Source: an uncultured Thermoplasmata archaeon (GTDB taxonomy: Archaea; Thermoplasmatota; Thermoplasmata; UBA10834). From it: a stretch of DNA of 49,352 nucleotides. The DNA lies in contig CAZHTV010000001.1 of NCBI GenBank assembly GCA_964535775.1, forward strand, positions 1 to 49,352, read 5' to 3'. Positions 1-9,834 of this stretch are shown piece by piece. Below the pieces are notes generated by a model. It searched no databases. It was not told where the DNA came from and saw nothing but the letters and a program-made list of their open reading frames with translations. The translations under genes were made by a program, and so were the position numbers. Numbering within the stretch: position 1 is the first letter of the stretch; each line of letters opens with the position of its first letter.

Positions 1-1
1 G

Positions 2-505
2 TTCATGCTCAATTCGATCGACGGGAGGCTACCTGGGAAGCTCAGAGACGAGGATATGCAGAGGATAGAGAAGGCCTACTCCGATAGCATCCTGGAGAAC
101 CTGCCGGACCTGCTGCCCGGCGCGAGAGAGGTGCTCGGGAGGACCAAGGAGTCAGGATACCGGACGGGGCTCATCTCCAACACCGGAAGGACTCCTGGCT
201 CGGCCCTCCGGATCGTGATGGACAGGCTAGACATCCTGGAGTTCTTCGATACGACGACCTTCTCGAACGAGATACTCATCAGAAAACCCGCAGAGGGTGC
301 ATTCAAGACGACCCTCAAGATGCTCAAGGTCGCACCGAGGGCAGCGGTCCACATAGGCGACGACCCGGAGAGCGATGTCGCGGGCGCGAAGCGGGCAGGT
401 CTGCGTGCTATCCAGGTCGTAGCCGATGGCTACGAGCGCTCACCCAATGCGGACTACGCGGTGACTTCGCTAGAGGCGGTCCTGGAGATCATAGAGAGGC
501 TCTAG
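2..505 (+). CDS. HAD-superfamily hydrolase, 5'-truncated by the window edge
   Basis: The reading frame is open to base 2. The N-terminal DxDxT motif I is absent, so the start lies upstream of the window. HAD motif II-like 'LISNTGRTPG' and motif IV 'HIGDDPESDVAGAKRAG' are present. Confidence 0.75.
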   Translation, partial: FMLNSIDGRLPGKLRDEDMQRIEKAYSDSILENLPDLLPGAREVLGRTKESGYRTGLISNTGRTPGSALRIVMDRLDILEFFDTTTFSNEILIRKPAEGAFKTTLKMLKVAPRAAVHIGDDPESDVAGAKRAGLRAIQVVADGYERSPNADYAVTSLEAVLEIIERL

Positions 506-561
506 GAGGTCTCTCTGTAGTGCTGAGGCATCTCCACAACGATACCGAGGAACGGCTGACT

Positions 562-1335
562 TCATATGAGCGCGAGGCCGAACGCGATCGCCGTGCCCGC
601 GAGGATTGACAGGAAGTTGTTCCCGAGCTTCCCGATCTTCCCCTTCGTCTCCCAGGTGGCGCCTATGACGCTGTCTATCTGGCATCCAAGGAACCCGCAG
701 AGCATCGGTATGAACAGAGTTGCAGGGCCGGCAAGTAGCGAATCGTTCAGGAACGCGAAGACGACATAGGCAACAGCCGAGGTATAGGCGGCTGCGACGA
801 ATGCTGCTAGCTGGCCTGTCAGGGATACTCCTCCATCAACGCCCCTCTTCGTCCTCTCGAAGGTGGTTATCAGGTACACCCGCGGGTCCACAATGCCTAT
901 CTCGCTGGCGGCGGTGTCGGAGGCTGCCACGGCGATGGCGGAGACGAACAGGTAGCTCGCAATGTCCTTCGGGAAGAACCCGCCTCCCGGCTCGAGGACC
1001 TCCGCAAGGAAACTCAGGAAGGCGATTCCAGTGGGTATCGCACCGTTCGCGAACACGTTCTTCCAGGACCGTTCGCCCCTCGACCCTTCCTGGAATCCCT
1101 CAGCCCTCTTCCATTCGTATCTGTACTTCGTCGCGCCGAAGCTCGTGATCAAGAAGACGAGCAGAAGTAGCAGCCAGAGGACATTGCCGCAGATGCCGAT
1201 GACCATCCCCACCACGAAGGAGGATATCGAACCGGACAGGTTGAATATCCCCTTGAGGTATGAGCCGACTGCCATCACGATGCAGAATATCGTTATCCCG
1301 GAAATCGTGATGGGATCTGGCAATGGCAGAACCAA
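562..1335 (-). CDS. Integral membrane protein, DUF92/TIGR00297 (TMEM19/VTE6-like) family
   Basis: Polytopic hydrophobic protein with 'GATKYRYEWK', 'ASDTAASEIG', 'GGVSLTGQ' and 'CQIDSVIGA' blocks typical of DUF92. TTG start lies 8 nt after the TAG stop of the giant upstream gene. Confidence 0.8.
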   Translation of the reverse strand: MVLPLPDPITISGITIFCIVMAVGSYLKGIFNLSGSISSFVVGMVIGICGNVLWLLLLLVFLITSFGATKYRYEWKRAEGFQEGSRGERSWKNVFANGAIPTGIAFLSFLAEVLEPGGGFFPKDIASYLFVSAIAVAASDTAASEIGIVDPRVYLITTFERTKRGVDGGVSLTGQLAAFVAAAYTSAVAYVVFAFLNDSLLAGPATLFIPMLCGFLGCQIDSVIGATWETKGKIGKLGNNFLSILAGTAIAFGLALI

Positions 1336-1343
1336 GACATCAC

Positions 1344-4300
1344 CTAGGACCCTGGTCGAGTCTGCCCCGGAAACATCGGCATCCTGGAATAGAGCTCCTT
1401 GGTGATATCGCTGATTCCTCTGAGCTTATCCAGGTCGCCATCCCAATCCTTGAGATTCTTCGAGAATGAAGACTCGATCTCCTCGACGACCTTCTTCATC
1501 TTAACCGCAACCTTTCTGGAGGCCTGCCCATGTAGCACAACTGCGAGGAACACGTTGTCTCCTCGTTCTATCAAGACACTCTTCTCCCCGAAATCAAGCC
1601 GCCTGAGTGCGAAGCTGGTCACGTCCTTGAAGGAGTCCTTGACGAAATCCTGAATCGCCACAAGCATGCCTCCCAGCACATGGTCGTCCATGCCTGGCTT
1701 AAGCCTGCGCGTCGAATGGGTGATCAACCTCCCGTCTCTGAAAATCACGAAGGCCTCGTCGACCGCAATCCTGTGTTCTCTGAGCAAGTATGCAGGGACC
1801 GCAACGGTCGCCACTCCCAGCACCGCGAGCAGATAGGGCCAGGCACGGTCGATGAAGCGGAAACCAACTGTGAACTCGTAGACAGACGTGATGAAGGAAT
1901 TGCCCGCCTTGTCTGTTATGTTGGCGTACATGTGAACTGAGCCCTCCCTCGTGGGTATGTCGAGCATTCTATGGTAGAACTCGCCGCGTCCCTGAGACAC
2001 GCCAAACGTCGAATACGCTGTCTCACCCTGGAAGCGCACATAGAGGGTTATTCCAGAAGCCTCTGTGTTCTTGTCATCCACCATGATTGACACGTTGAGC
2101 TTGTCACCAGCATACACCTTCGTTCGCGATATCGAGAGCACAGCGTAAGGATTCGTATCGTCAATCACTATTGCTGTTTCGTATCGTGCGATGTTGCCGC
2201 CATAATCCCTGGCGATCACGCGAATTGTATGGTTCCATGTCGGCCATCCTGAAGTGTCAATCCTGTACATCTCGTCGAAGGAGAATGCGCCACTGCTTCC
2301 AACAGTGTAGTAGACATTGTAGAGAGGAGTCGAACCTGGTGAGACGAGGAACAGCACAAGCGTCCCGCTTCGCACGACCGCATGCGGTTGTGGGCTGAGC
2401 AGAGTTATGTAAGGAGGATTGTTCCAGACCACTTGCTCGACGTAATAGCTATACCCATCGTCATCGAGCACGCTCAGAGCGATTCCATAGTCATAGCCGA
2501 TGACGTAGTTGTGATACACAGTCACTGGGCCCGTGCCGTCGTACGTCCACGAATCTCCATCTCCGAAGTCAATGCTCGCGAAGATGACGTCCGGGTACAT
2601 CGTCAGGAGTTTGGAGATATCAAATGAGACATTGCTGGTGTCTGATGGATCCCTGGTGACTCTGACGAGCGTGTGGAAGTCACCGGCAAATGGCTTCTGC
2701 TTCACCTCGATACGCAACGCAGCAATCGAAGACGATCCATCAGAATCTGTTACCCGGACCTTCACGACATACTCGCCAATCTGACTGTACGTGTGGTTTG
2801 CCTGAGGTATCGTTGTAAGGGCATCCGCGGAGAAGTACCCGTCTGCCGCATCGAAATCCCATTCGTAGGTTACTATCGGGTCGTAGCTAGTGACGTTCAC
2901 CCGGAAGCAGCAATCGGAGAACTCCTCGAAGTGGCCCGGCCAGTCGAAATCGCAGCCAGCGATGATCTCAACCTCCGGTGGGATCTCCGCCACATCGAAA
3001 TGCAGGATCGCCACGCTCGAATTGCCGTCCTCCTCCCTGACCGTCAGAGATATCGCGTAGCTTCCGTTCCCCAGTTCGAACTTGCGATTCGCCATCTCAG
3101 TGTCTGAATAGTACATCGTCGTCATAGTGCCGTTCGGGTGCCAAAGTGTCCAGGTCCAGTTCACAATACCGTCGAAAGAAGTCGAGCTGCTGATGAACGA
3201 AAAAGGTATGCCCTCGACCGGGAAGTCGGTCGAAAGAAGAACCCCGGCGCTCGGTCCCACATCTATGATTGTGATGTCGAAGGTCGTCAAGTTCGTCATC
3301 CCATCGGAATCGGTTGCCCTCGCTGCAACCCTGAACACCTTCACATAGGATGATGTCTGGAAGACGTGAGTTACGATGGCGCTGTTGGGAGCGTATGGAT
3401 CTGATAAGAAGTATCCCTCGACGTAGGCGAAATCCCATTCGAAGGAGACTATCGGGTCAATCGGGGTTCCGTGCCATTCATCAACGAGGAGGACGAACTC
3501 CACCGCGGTGCCCTCGTCCGCGTATGAAGGCCCCACAATCCTGAGCTCAGGGGCCATTGACAGAACCTCGATGGTCTCTGTCAATACCACGCGCGTGCCA
3601 TCGGAGTCAATCACCTCGAGGGATATCTCTTGAGAACCGTTCTGGAAGGATACATTCAGGATGCTTTCCGAGCTCACATAATCGCCATTGATGTACCAAT
3701 TCCTCGAAACAATAGGGTCGAAGGACCAGGTCTCATCGATGAATGTGACCAGTCTCCCCTCGCTTATGTTAGTCGGGGACCAAGAGAATTTGACCATGGG
3801 GTAGCTGTCTTCTACCAGAACATAGGAGTAATCAGCAGAGGCCAGACCTCCTGGGTCCACGACTTGAAGCGCGATGCTGTAGTTGCCAATCTCCAAGTAT
3901 GTGTGCACAGGTCGTGCGTTGCGGACCCAGTCCGTTGAGTTGCCGTCTCCGAAGTCCCACAGATACTCCATGAACGGTATCTCGGACGTGCCCGTCACTG
4001 CGGAGCCATTGAATTGAAGCGGGCTGCCCTCTCTGGCGAAGTACGGTCCTCCGGCGCGAGCAATCGGAGGGAAGTTGTTCTGCTGCCATATGGACACGCA
4101 GTGCGACCCCACGCTCAGAACCAGCAGGTCGCCCCTGTGATCCTGAGTGCCATCGCCGATAGTTGCATAGCGAGCATCCGCCCCTGCCAGGAACACCATC
4201 GAAGGTGACGCTGGGAAGGCGCCTGCGTGCTGTCTGTACAGAAAGAGAAGGTCGGCGTCTTCGAATATCGCGATCACATCAGCCGGACCGTCGTCCGTCG

Positions 4301-6392
4301 CATCGAGCACCGAGATGAACCTTGGGAAGCCCGGAAGTGCCAGAGTACCATAAGGGTGTGGTGCAGTTTCGAAATCCTCTTGGTCAAACAGATAGACCGC
4401 TGAGTCAAATGGTCTCATGGCGGCGATATCGTCGAGGCCATCCCCAGTGAGGTCTCCGCTCCATATGGAGGTGAAGTCCGCGCCGACACTGTGGGAAAGA
4501 GACAGTGTTGGAGATGACGGGCCGAACGGAATCAATGGGTCCTGCAGCAGTATCGCTATCTTTCTGATTGAGCGCGTATAGGCAATATCATCTAGGCCGT
4601 CCGAATTGAAGTCGCCTGATGCAATTGCCCAGATCCCGGTACCACCGGGCTGGAGTGCCTCATATGGGTCTCCAAATGCCTGCACAGACTGGTCATTGAA
4701 GAAGAAGTCCAATCCGCCCTCACCAGTTGACACTACGAAATCAACATACGAATCATGATTGAAATCGCCCAGTTCGATGTCGGTAACGGACCCAGCGACG
4801 GACAACACTATCGGGTCATCAGGGAACGCATTGGATCCGAATAGGAGCACGATCGACGACCCCTGGAGCATCGTTACCGCGGCGTCCGAGCAACCGTCCT
4901 TGTTGAAGTCCGCGACCACGACCTTGCCTGGGGGAAATCCAAGGGAAATCGTCACTGACGTCGGGCCGAATGATGGCCTGAAATCCAAGGACCAATCTTC
5001 CGTATTGACTAGTATGAGGTCGATGATGTCATCACCGTCGAAGTCTCCGGTGACCAGCATCGAAGCGGCCACGTCGCTCCTAGTCCATGTTGTGGAGTTG
5101 CTGTTGGAGAAGGTTGGCATCCTGGCAGGATACAGCGACAAGGCCGAACCCCTCCTATCATGAGTTGAAGACGCCACCGCGAGGTCAATCAGACCGTCGC
5201 CGTCCAGATCCGCAATTGCGGCAGCTCTGGGGACCCCGCTGGTCGGGATGACGAACTCCAGCGCATCTCGCCAAATCGGGGCCGATGAACCCTGGTAGTA
5301 TCCGAAGGACACATTGGCCTTCTGAGAGAGGACCAGCAAGTCCTGACGTCCGTCACCGTTGACATCTCCTGCCTGTACCGAGCAATCTCCGTAAGGGATG
5401 GCAATGCTGTAGTCCTCAACCGTCGGAAGGCTGCCCAGCGATTGGAAGTAGAAGTGTATGGCGTCCGAGGATTCGGAAACAACGGCTAGGTCCTCGAGCG
5501 AGTCGCCATCTAGCAGGCCAGCTGTGATCCCCGTCGGCATACCCCCGACTGCCAGAGTCAGGGATGGTCCCGACTGGAACGGGCGCTCGAAAATCATCAC
5601 GTTGTTCTCGTAGTAATTCCCAACGGCAATCTCTAGCTCGGAGTCGCCGTCGAAGTCGGCTACTGCGATGCTCCGTGCGCCACGCCCCGCGGTCAGCAAT
5701 TCGAATGTCGAGAAGTCAGGCCCAAAGAACACTTCGAGTTTCCCGGCAGTCGTCTGCGGGTTCGATCCTTCGCAGACCACCGCCAGGTCTGCGTAGATAT
5801 CTCCCGAGAACTCGCCAACGACGAATGCAATTCCGTTAGAGTAGGTGAATCGATCCGGCCAACGCTCATATGTCGTCTCGGATGTAAGGTTGTATATCGC
5901 AAGCCGGGTGTCAGAGAACGCCGGGTTCTTCTCCAACGCGACAATCTGGTGATGTCCAGAAGCGTAGATGTCGACGGTCCTCACCGACACCGGGTGGTAC
6001 ATCGTGGTTATGTTCAGTGATGGGTACGTCTTGAAAGTCCCGTCGACCTGTCTGTAGAATATGGATATCGCCAAGGCCTCGTACACGGAAACGATGAGAT
6101 CCGTCCTCCCGTCGTCATTGAGGTCATCCAACACGACATCGCTGGATCCTCCGGGCAGCATCAACGCCCTCGAGACCATTGTGTACTCTGGTACAGGACT
6201 TGAGGTGTCTATCGGCCCGGGGAAGACAAGCCCGTTCAACACAGGAGTCGGGAGTGCGGCCGTGGCCATGGTTCCCTCTGAAGAGCTGACGCCATTGCTC
6301 CCCAGGAATCCGACGGGGGACAGAAGCAGGGCGATTATCGCAACCGCCAGTACTGATGAGACCAATCGAGTCAAGAGGCCCCCATCCAGCAA
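1344..6392 (-). CDS. Giant (1682 aa) surface protein: signal/anchor, ~13-14 FG-GAP/VCBS repeats, ~6 PKD/Ig-like modules, single TM, 145-aa cytoplasmic domain
   Basis: N-terminal hydrophobic segment 'LVSSVLAVAIIALLL'. Repeated Ca-loop motifs (DLNDDGRTDLIV, ADFDGDSELEIAV, GDVNGDGRQDLLVL, ADLDGDGLIDLAVA, GDFDGDDIIDLILV, GDFNSDGLDDIAY, GDLTGDGLDDIAA ...). PKD signatures WDFGDGNS, FEWDFAY, YEWDFDAADG, IDFGDGDSW. TM 'AWPYLLAVLGVATVAVPAYLL' is followed by a soluble tail. Confidence 0.88.
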   Translation of the reverse strand: MLDGGLLTRLVSSVLAVAIIALLLSPVGFLGSNGVSSSEGTMATAALPTPVLNGLVFPGPIDTSSPVPEYTMVSRALMLPGGSSDVVLDDLNDDGRTDLIVSVYEALAISIFYRQVDGTFKTYPSLNITTMYHPVSVRTVDIYASGHHQIVALEKNPAFSDTRLAIYNLTSETTYERWPDRFTYSNGIAFVVGEFSGDIYADLAVVCEGSNPQTTAGKLEVFFGPDFSTFELLTAGRGARSIAVADFDGDSELEIAVGNYYENNVMIFERPFQSGPSLTLAVGGMPTGITAGLLDGDSLEDLAVVSESSDAIHFYFQSLGSLPTVEDYSIAIPYGDCSVQAGDVNGDGRQDLLVLSQKANVSFGYYQGSSAPIWRDALEFVIPTSGVPRAAAIADLDGDGLIDLAVASSTHDRRGSALSLYPARMPTFSNSNSTTWTRSDVAASMLVTGDFDGDDIIDLILVNTEDWSLDFRPSFGPTSVTISLGFPPGKVVVADFNKDGCSDAAVTMLQGSSIVLLFGSNAFPDDPIVLSVAGSVTDIELGDFNHDSYVDFVVSTGEGGLDFFFNDQSVQAFGDPYEALQPGGTGIWAIASGDFNSDGLDDIAYTRSIRKIAILLQDPLIPFGPSSPTLSLSHSVGADFTSIWSGDLTGDGLDDIAAMRPFDSAVYLFDQEDFETAPHPYGTLALPGFPRFISVLDATDDGPADVIAIFEDADLLFLYRQHAGAFPASPSMVFLAGADARYATIGDGTQDHRGDLLVLSVGSHCVSIWQQNNFPPIARAGGPYFAREGSPLQFNGSAVTGTSEIPFMEYLWDFGDGNSTDWVRNARPVHTYLEIGNYSIALQVVDPGGLASADYSYVLVEDSYPMVKFSWSPTNISEGRLVTFIDETWSFDPIVSRNWYINGDYVSSESILNVSFQNGSQEISLEVIDSDGTRVVLTETIEVLSMAPELRIVGPSYADEGTAVEFVLLVDEWHGTPIDPIVSFEWDFAYVEGYFLSDPYAPNSAIVTHVFQTSSYVKVFRVAARATDSDGMTNLTTFDITIIDVGPSAGVLLSTDFPVEGIPFSFISSSTSFDGIVNWTWTLWHPNGTMTTMYYSDTEMANRKFELGNGSYAISLTVREEDGNSSVAILHFDVAEIPPEVEIIAGCDFDWPGHFEEFSDCCFRVNVTSYDPIVTYEWDFDAADGYFSADALTTIPQANHTYSQIGEYVVKVRVTDSDGSSSIAALRIEVKQKPFAGDFHTLVRVTRDPSDTSNVSFDISKLLTMYPDVIFASIDFGDGDSWTYDGTGPVTVYHNYVIGYDYGIALSVLDDDGYSYYVEQVVWNNPPYITLLSPQPHAVVRSGTLVLFLVSPGSTPLYNVYYTVGSSGAFSFDEMYRIDTSGWPTWNHTIRVIARDYGGNIARYETAIVIDDTNPYAVLSISRTKVYAGDKLNVSIMVDDKNTEASGITLYVRFQGETAYSTFGVSQGRGEFYHRMLDIPTREGSVHMYANITDKAGNSFITSVYEFTVGFRFIDRAWPYLLAVLGVATVAVPAYLLREHRIAVDEAFVIFRDGRLITHSTRRLKPGMDDHVLGGMLVAIQDFVKDSFKDVTSFALRRLDFGEKSVLIERGDNVFLAVVLHGQASRKVAVKMKKVVEEIESSFSKNLKDWDGDLDKLRGISDITKELYSRMPMFPGQTRPGS
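1347..1844 (-). other. TM helix (1782..1844) plus 145-aa cytoplasmic roadblock/longin-like tail (1347..1781)
   Basis: 21 hydrophobic residues followed by basic 'REHR' (positive-inside). The tail alternates strand-like (FVIFRDGRLITH; LRRLDFGEKSVLIERGDNVFLAVVLHG) and helix-like (HVLGGMLVAIQDFVKDSF; KVAVKMKKVVEEIESSF) segments. The fold assignment is inference only. Confidence 0.45.
2400..4020 (-). repeat. PKD/Ig-like domain array of the giant protein
   Basis: Recurring W-[DT]-[FW]-G-D-G and Y-x-[VI]-x-L-x-V-x-D-x-x-G signatures about every 85-100 aa. Boundaries are approximate. Confidence 0.65.
4100..6135 (-). repeat. FG-GAP/VCBS repeat array (protein-level), consistent with two 7-bladed beta-propellers
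   Basis: 13 clear and 1 degenerate D-x-[DN]-x-D-G/x-x-D-hydrophobic loops, spaced ~50-60 aa apart in the translated minus-strand ORF. Boundaries are approximate. Confidence 0.7.
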
Positions 6393-6468
6393 ACTGAAGC
6401 GGTCTTACCCTATTTGATGCCTTCGGACGGTGGCTCGCACCGGCCAGTACGACGTTTTCTGTCCAATG

Positions 6469-6478
6469 ATTATATATG
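6469..6478 (+). promoter_or_regulatory. TATA box (ATTATATATG) for the S2P gene; probable leaderless transcript
   Basis: AT-rich box centred ~27 nt upstream of the ATG at 6501, in an otherwise GC-rich intergenic region, with no SD between. Confidence 0.5.
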
Positions 6479-6500
6479 AATCGAACACTAACGACCTACC

Positions 6501-7676
6501 ATGGCGGCTGCCATCAGAATCGGAAGGATACTGGGAATCCCGATCTACCTGCACCTGACATTCCTGCTCATACTGCCGCTCTTCATCTACATCTTCTCCG
6601 CGCCATCTGTCGATGTCGTCATTGCTGGCATGCCCCTTAGTTTCAGAGGGCTCGAGACCGACCTCTGGGTCAAGTACGCCTTTGGGACCGTGGCCGCGCT
6701 GGTGTTCTTCGGAACTATATTGGCCCATGAGCTTGCCCACTCGTATCTCGCGCTCAGGTACGGGGTGAAGATCCGCAGCATCACGCTCATGGTGTTCGGC
6801 GGGGTGTCTTCGATGGAGGAGCTCCCCCGCCTCCCCAGACAGGAATGGAGGATGGCCTTTGCCGGCCCCTTCACGAGCATGGTGGTCGGGCTCGTATCCT
6901 ACGGGTTTGTGCTATTGCTTCGGCTCTTCGACTTTGGCCATGTCCTCCTCGAGGGCACGGTGATCCTCCTCGGGCTCATGGCTGTGTACAACCTCCTCCT
7001 GGCGGGATTCAACATGATCCCCGCGTTCCCGATGGACGGTGGGAGGGTGCTCAGGGCGTATTTCGCGTCCAGGATGAGCTACATCGAAGCCACCAAAAAG
7101 GCAGCAAGGATCGGCAGGTACTTCGCCATAGCCATGGGCATCTTCGGAATATTCTACAACTTCTTTTTCATCCTCATCGCGCTTTTTGTCTACATAGCTG
7201 CGACCGAGGAGGAGCAGGCGACCACGATTACTGAGAGCCTCCAGGGACTCACCGTCCGGGACCTGATGACGCGGGAGGTGCAGGTCGTGCACCCGGACAT
7301 GGCGGTCCAGCAGCTGCGAGACATGATGTTGGCGACGCGTCATATGGGTTTCCCGGTCGTGGACAACGACCTCGTTGGAATCGTCACGCTCTCTGACACA
7401 CACAAGGTCCCCAAGGAGAAGTTGCCTTTGGCCCGCGTCAGGGATATCATGACGACAAACGTGATCACCGTGAGGCCAGATGAAGAAGCCGCTCGTGCAC
7501 TCAAGCTCATGTCGGAGAAGAAGATAGGCAGGCTAGTTGTTCAGGAGGCCGGCAGGCTGGTGGGGTTCGTCACTCGGAAGGACTTCCTCAGGGCCATCGA
7601 CATGGCCTCGGCCAAGCAGGGTTCGATGCGTTGGGGGGAGCAGTTCCAGCCGCCGCCTCCGACACCGCCCATGTGA
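6501..7676 (+). CDS. Site-2 protease (peptidase M50) with C-terminal tandem CBS domains
   Basis: HExxH 'AHELAHS', M50 'NMIPAFPMDGGRVL' motif and multiple TM segments, then two CBS-like units (LTVRDLMTREVQVV...; VRDIMTTNVITV...GRLVV). Confidence 0.9.
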   Translation: MAAAIRIGRILGIPIYLHLTFLLILPLFIYIFSAPSVDVVIAGMPLSFRGLETDLWVKYAFGTVAALVFFGTILAHELAHSYLALRYGVKIRSITLMVFGGVSSMEELPRLPRQEWRMAFAGPFTSMVVGLVSYGFVLLLRLFDFGHVLLEGTVILLGLMAVYNLLLAGFNMIPAFPMDGGRVLRAYFASRMSYIEATKKAARIGRYFAIAMGIFGIFYNFFFILIALFVYIAATEEEQATTITESLQGLTVRDLMTREVQVVHPDMAVQQLRDMMLATRHMGFPVVDNDLVGIVTLSDTHKVPKEKLPLARVRDIMTTNVITVRPDEEAARALKLMSEKKIGRLVVQEAGRLVGFVTRKDFLRAIDMASAKQGSMRWGEQFQPPPPTPPM

Positions 7677-7678
7677 TG

Positions 7679-8812
7679 CTAGCCCGAGAGCTCCTTCCTG
7701 TAGAACAGCAGAAGGCTGAGGGCGATACACGCGACCGAGTATGCGAGAAACACAATAGCGGCAACCCACGGCTCCGGATAGAACGCGTAGAACGTGAACC
7801 CGAACTGCTCCGTCGATGTGTCAACAGGATACGGATCGAGCACGATATAGCCCGTGATGCCTGCCGCGAAAGTGAGGGACGCATCTATCTTCGTGCCGGT
7901 GAACTGGGAGACGCTGTCGATTATGGGCAGTATGATGATGAACATGAGGAAAGTCAGGACCGTGGCGCCCGTGGTGCCCTTCAGCACCGAGCTGATGAGG
8001 TAGGCGACCGCTGTGGCCGCCACAAGGAACCCGATGGCGAACAGTAGCGAGAGGCCGAAGTCGTCATCCACGCCCTTCACGGTCATGAATGAAAGCAGGG
8101 CCACGCCCGCGTAGAACGACACGGTCACGACGAGACCAGCGGTGATGCTCGCAGCGAACTTGCCGGAGAACAGCACCCATTTCTTCAACGGCGTCGGGAA
8201 CACGAGGTAGCCGGTCCTGTTCTGGAACTCACCCGCGATCGCGTCCGAGCCGAAGAAGGTCGCGGCTATGATCACCAGTATGCTGACGAAGGCGAGGAAG
8301 AGGCCGTTGAAGTCCTCTGTGGTAGTGGACCAATCGTAGGTGGCAGTGACCGTGCTGCCGGTCACGTTCTGCATGAAGATGACTATGTTCAGCCTCGAGC
8401 TCCCGCCCATGAAGGACGGCAGCTCGTCGGCGAAACTCAGCTCCGTGTAGATCCAATTCATGCCGTTCGCAGACGGATAGGGTGTGCCATCGAGGTGAAG
8501 GACTAGCGAGTCCTTGTCTATGAGGCTCCTGTTGATCGCGGCATAGCTCTCGGGTGTCGGAAGCCCTGGTACTGTGATGTTCAGCTCGCCGAAGTCCTGG
8601 ACCCACAATACTCTCTGAGCGTCCGTGCCGGTATAGGGCCTCCCCAGCGCCGGGGGCAGGGCGTACAGGAGCGCGAGCATCGCCACCACTACCGCGATCG
8701 AGGCGACCAGCCGCCATGATCTGAAGTACTTGAGGATCTCGTAGCTCCACACGATGGGTATCTGCATGAGGTCCGACGGAAGCTTCCTTTGAGGTCTAGA
8801 GTTCTGCTCCAT
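7679..8812 (-). CDS. ABC-2 type transporter permease with a large extracytoplasmic loop
   Basis: One N-terminal TM, a ~130-aa hydrophilic loop, then 5 C-terminal TM segments. Lies directly downstream (6-nt gap) of the ABC ATPase gene. Confidence 0.7.
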   Translation of the reverse strand: MEQNSRPQRKLPSDLMQIPIVWSYEILKYFRSWRLVASIAVVVAMLALLYALPPALGRPYTGTDAQRVLWVQDFGELNITVPGLPTPESYAAINRSLIDKDSLVLHLDGTPYPSANGMNWIYTELSFADELPSFMGGSSRLNIVIFMQNVTGSTVTATYDWSTTTEDFNGLFLAFVSILVIIAATFFGSDAIAGEFQNRTGYLVFPTPLKKWVLFSGKFAASITAGLVVTVSFYAGVALLSFMTVKGVDDDFGLSLLFAIGFLVAATAVAYLISSVLKGTTGATVLTFLMFIIILPIIDSVSQFTGTKIDASLTFAAGITGYIVLDPYPVDTSTEQFGFTFYAFYPEPWVAAIVFLAYSVACIALSLLLFYRKELSG

Positions 8813-8818
8813 GATTCG

Positions 8819-9745
8819 TCACCTCGATTCCTTCACGAGATCCATGTACATGAGCTCCAGGGGCAGGCCGACCGGGCTGAAGCCCGAGACCTCCGCGCCC
8901 GTCCCCTGGACCTCGGATAGGAGCTCGGCCCTCTCCTGGTACTGGCCCTCCAGAGTGACGATGAATATGTTCCCCGAGACGCGCTCGACCGCCCTGACGT
9001 TCCTGAACCGCCTCACCCTGTCGAGTAGCCCGTCCGAGGCAGCGTCGAGGACTGAAACCTCGATCTTGGACACCTTGGTCAGTCTCTTCATGTTGTCGAT
9101 GGAGTCGTAGACAAGCAGTCTCCCCTTGTCGATCAGAGCGGCGCTGTCGCAGACCTCCTGGACCTCGACTAGCAGGTGAGAGCTCATGAATATCGTGTAA
9201 TGCTGTCTCTTCAGGGTCCTTATCAGCTCCCGCACCTCCACCATACCCCTCGGGTCAAGGCCGCTGGTCGGCTCGTCCAGTATGAGTATGTCGGGCTCGT
9301 GCAGTATGGCCTGGGCGATCGCCAAGCGCTGCTTCATGCCCTTCGAGAACTTGCCGATCCTCGTTGAGCGCCACTGCTCCAGCTTCACCATCTGGAGTAG
9401 CTCGTTCGTGCGCTGCCTGATCTCGGATGTGTGCATGCCCCTTATGCGTCCGAGATATGCGAGAGTCTCGGTCGGCGTCAGATACGGATAGAACTCCGGC
9501 GTCTCCACGACCGCTCCGACGTGTCCGAGGGCCTCCTTCGGATGTCTCAGCACATCTATCCCGTGCAGGTATGCCTTGCCGCCCGTGGCCGAGATGAGGT
9601 TGGTGAGTATCTTGATGGTCGTGGTCTTCCCAGCCCCATTGGGCCCAAGGAAACCGACCGTGATGCCCTCTGGCACCTTAAGGGTCAGGTCGTCGACCGC
9701 CTTGATTGTCCCAAAGTCCTTCGTGAGGTTCTGTATCTCGATCAA
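8819..9745 (-). CDS. ABC transporter ATP-binding protein (ABC-2/DrrA-like)
   Basis: Walker A 'GPNGAGKTT', signature 'FSKGMKQRL', Walker B 'ILILDEPTSGLD', H-loop 'MSSH'. TTG start. Confidence 0.92.
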   Translation of the reverse strand: MIEIQNLTKDFGTIKAVDDLTLKVPEGITVGFLGPNGAGKTTTIKILTNLISATGGKAYLHGIDVLRHPKEALGHVGAVVETPEFYPYLTPTETLAYLGRIRGMHTSEIRQRTNELLQMVKLEQWRSTRIGKFSKGMKQRLAIAQAILHEPDILILDEPTSGLDPRGMVEVRELIRTLKRQHYTIFMSSHLLVEVQEVCDSAALIDKGRLLVYDSIDNMKRLTKVSKIEVSVLDAASDGLLDRVRRFRNVRAVERVSGNIFIVTLEGQYQERAELLSEVQGTGAEVSGFSPVGLPLELMYMDLVKESR

Positions 9746-9834
9746 GGGCTCTCTCTCCCCATCGTCTGTTGCGAGCGAACTACCGGGGCGTATTTAAGAG
9801 GAATTGTGGAACGCCTATCAGGGACGGCCTGAGG

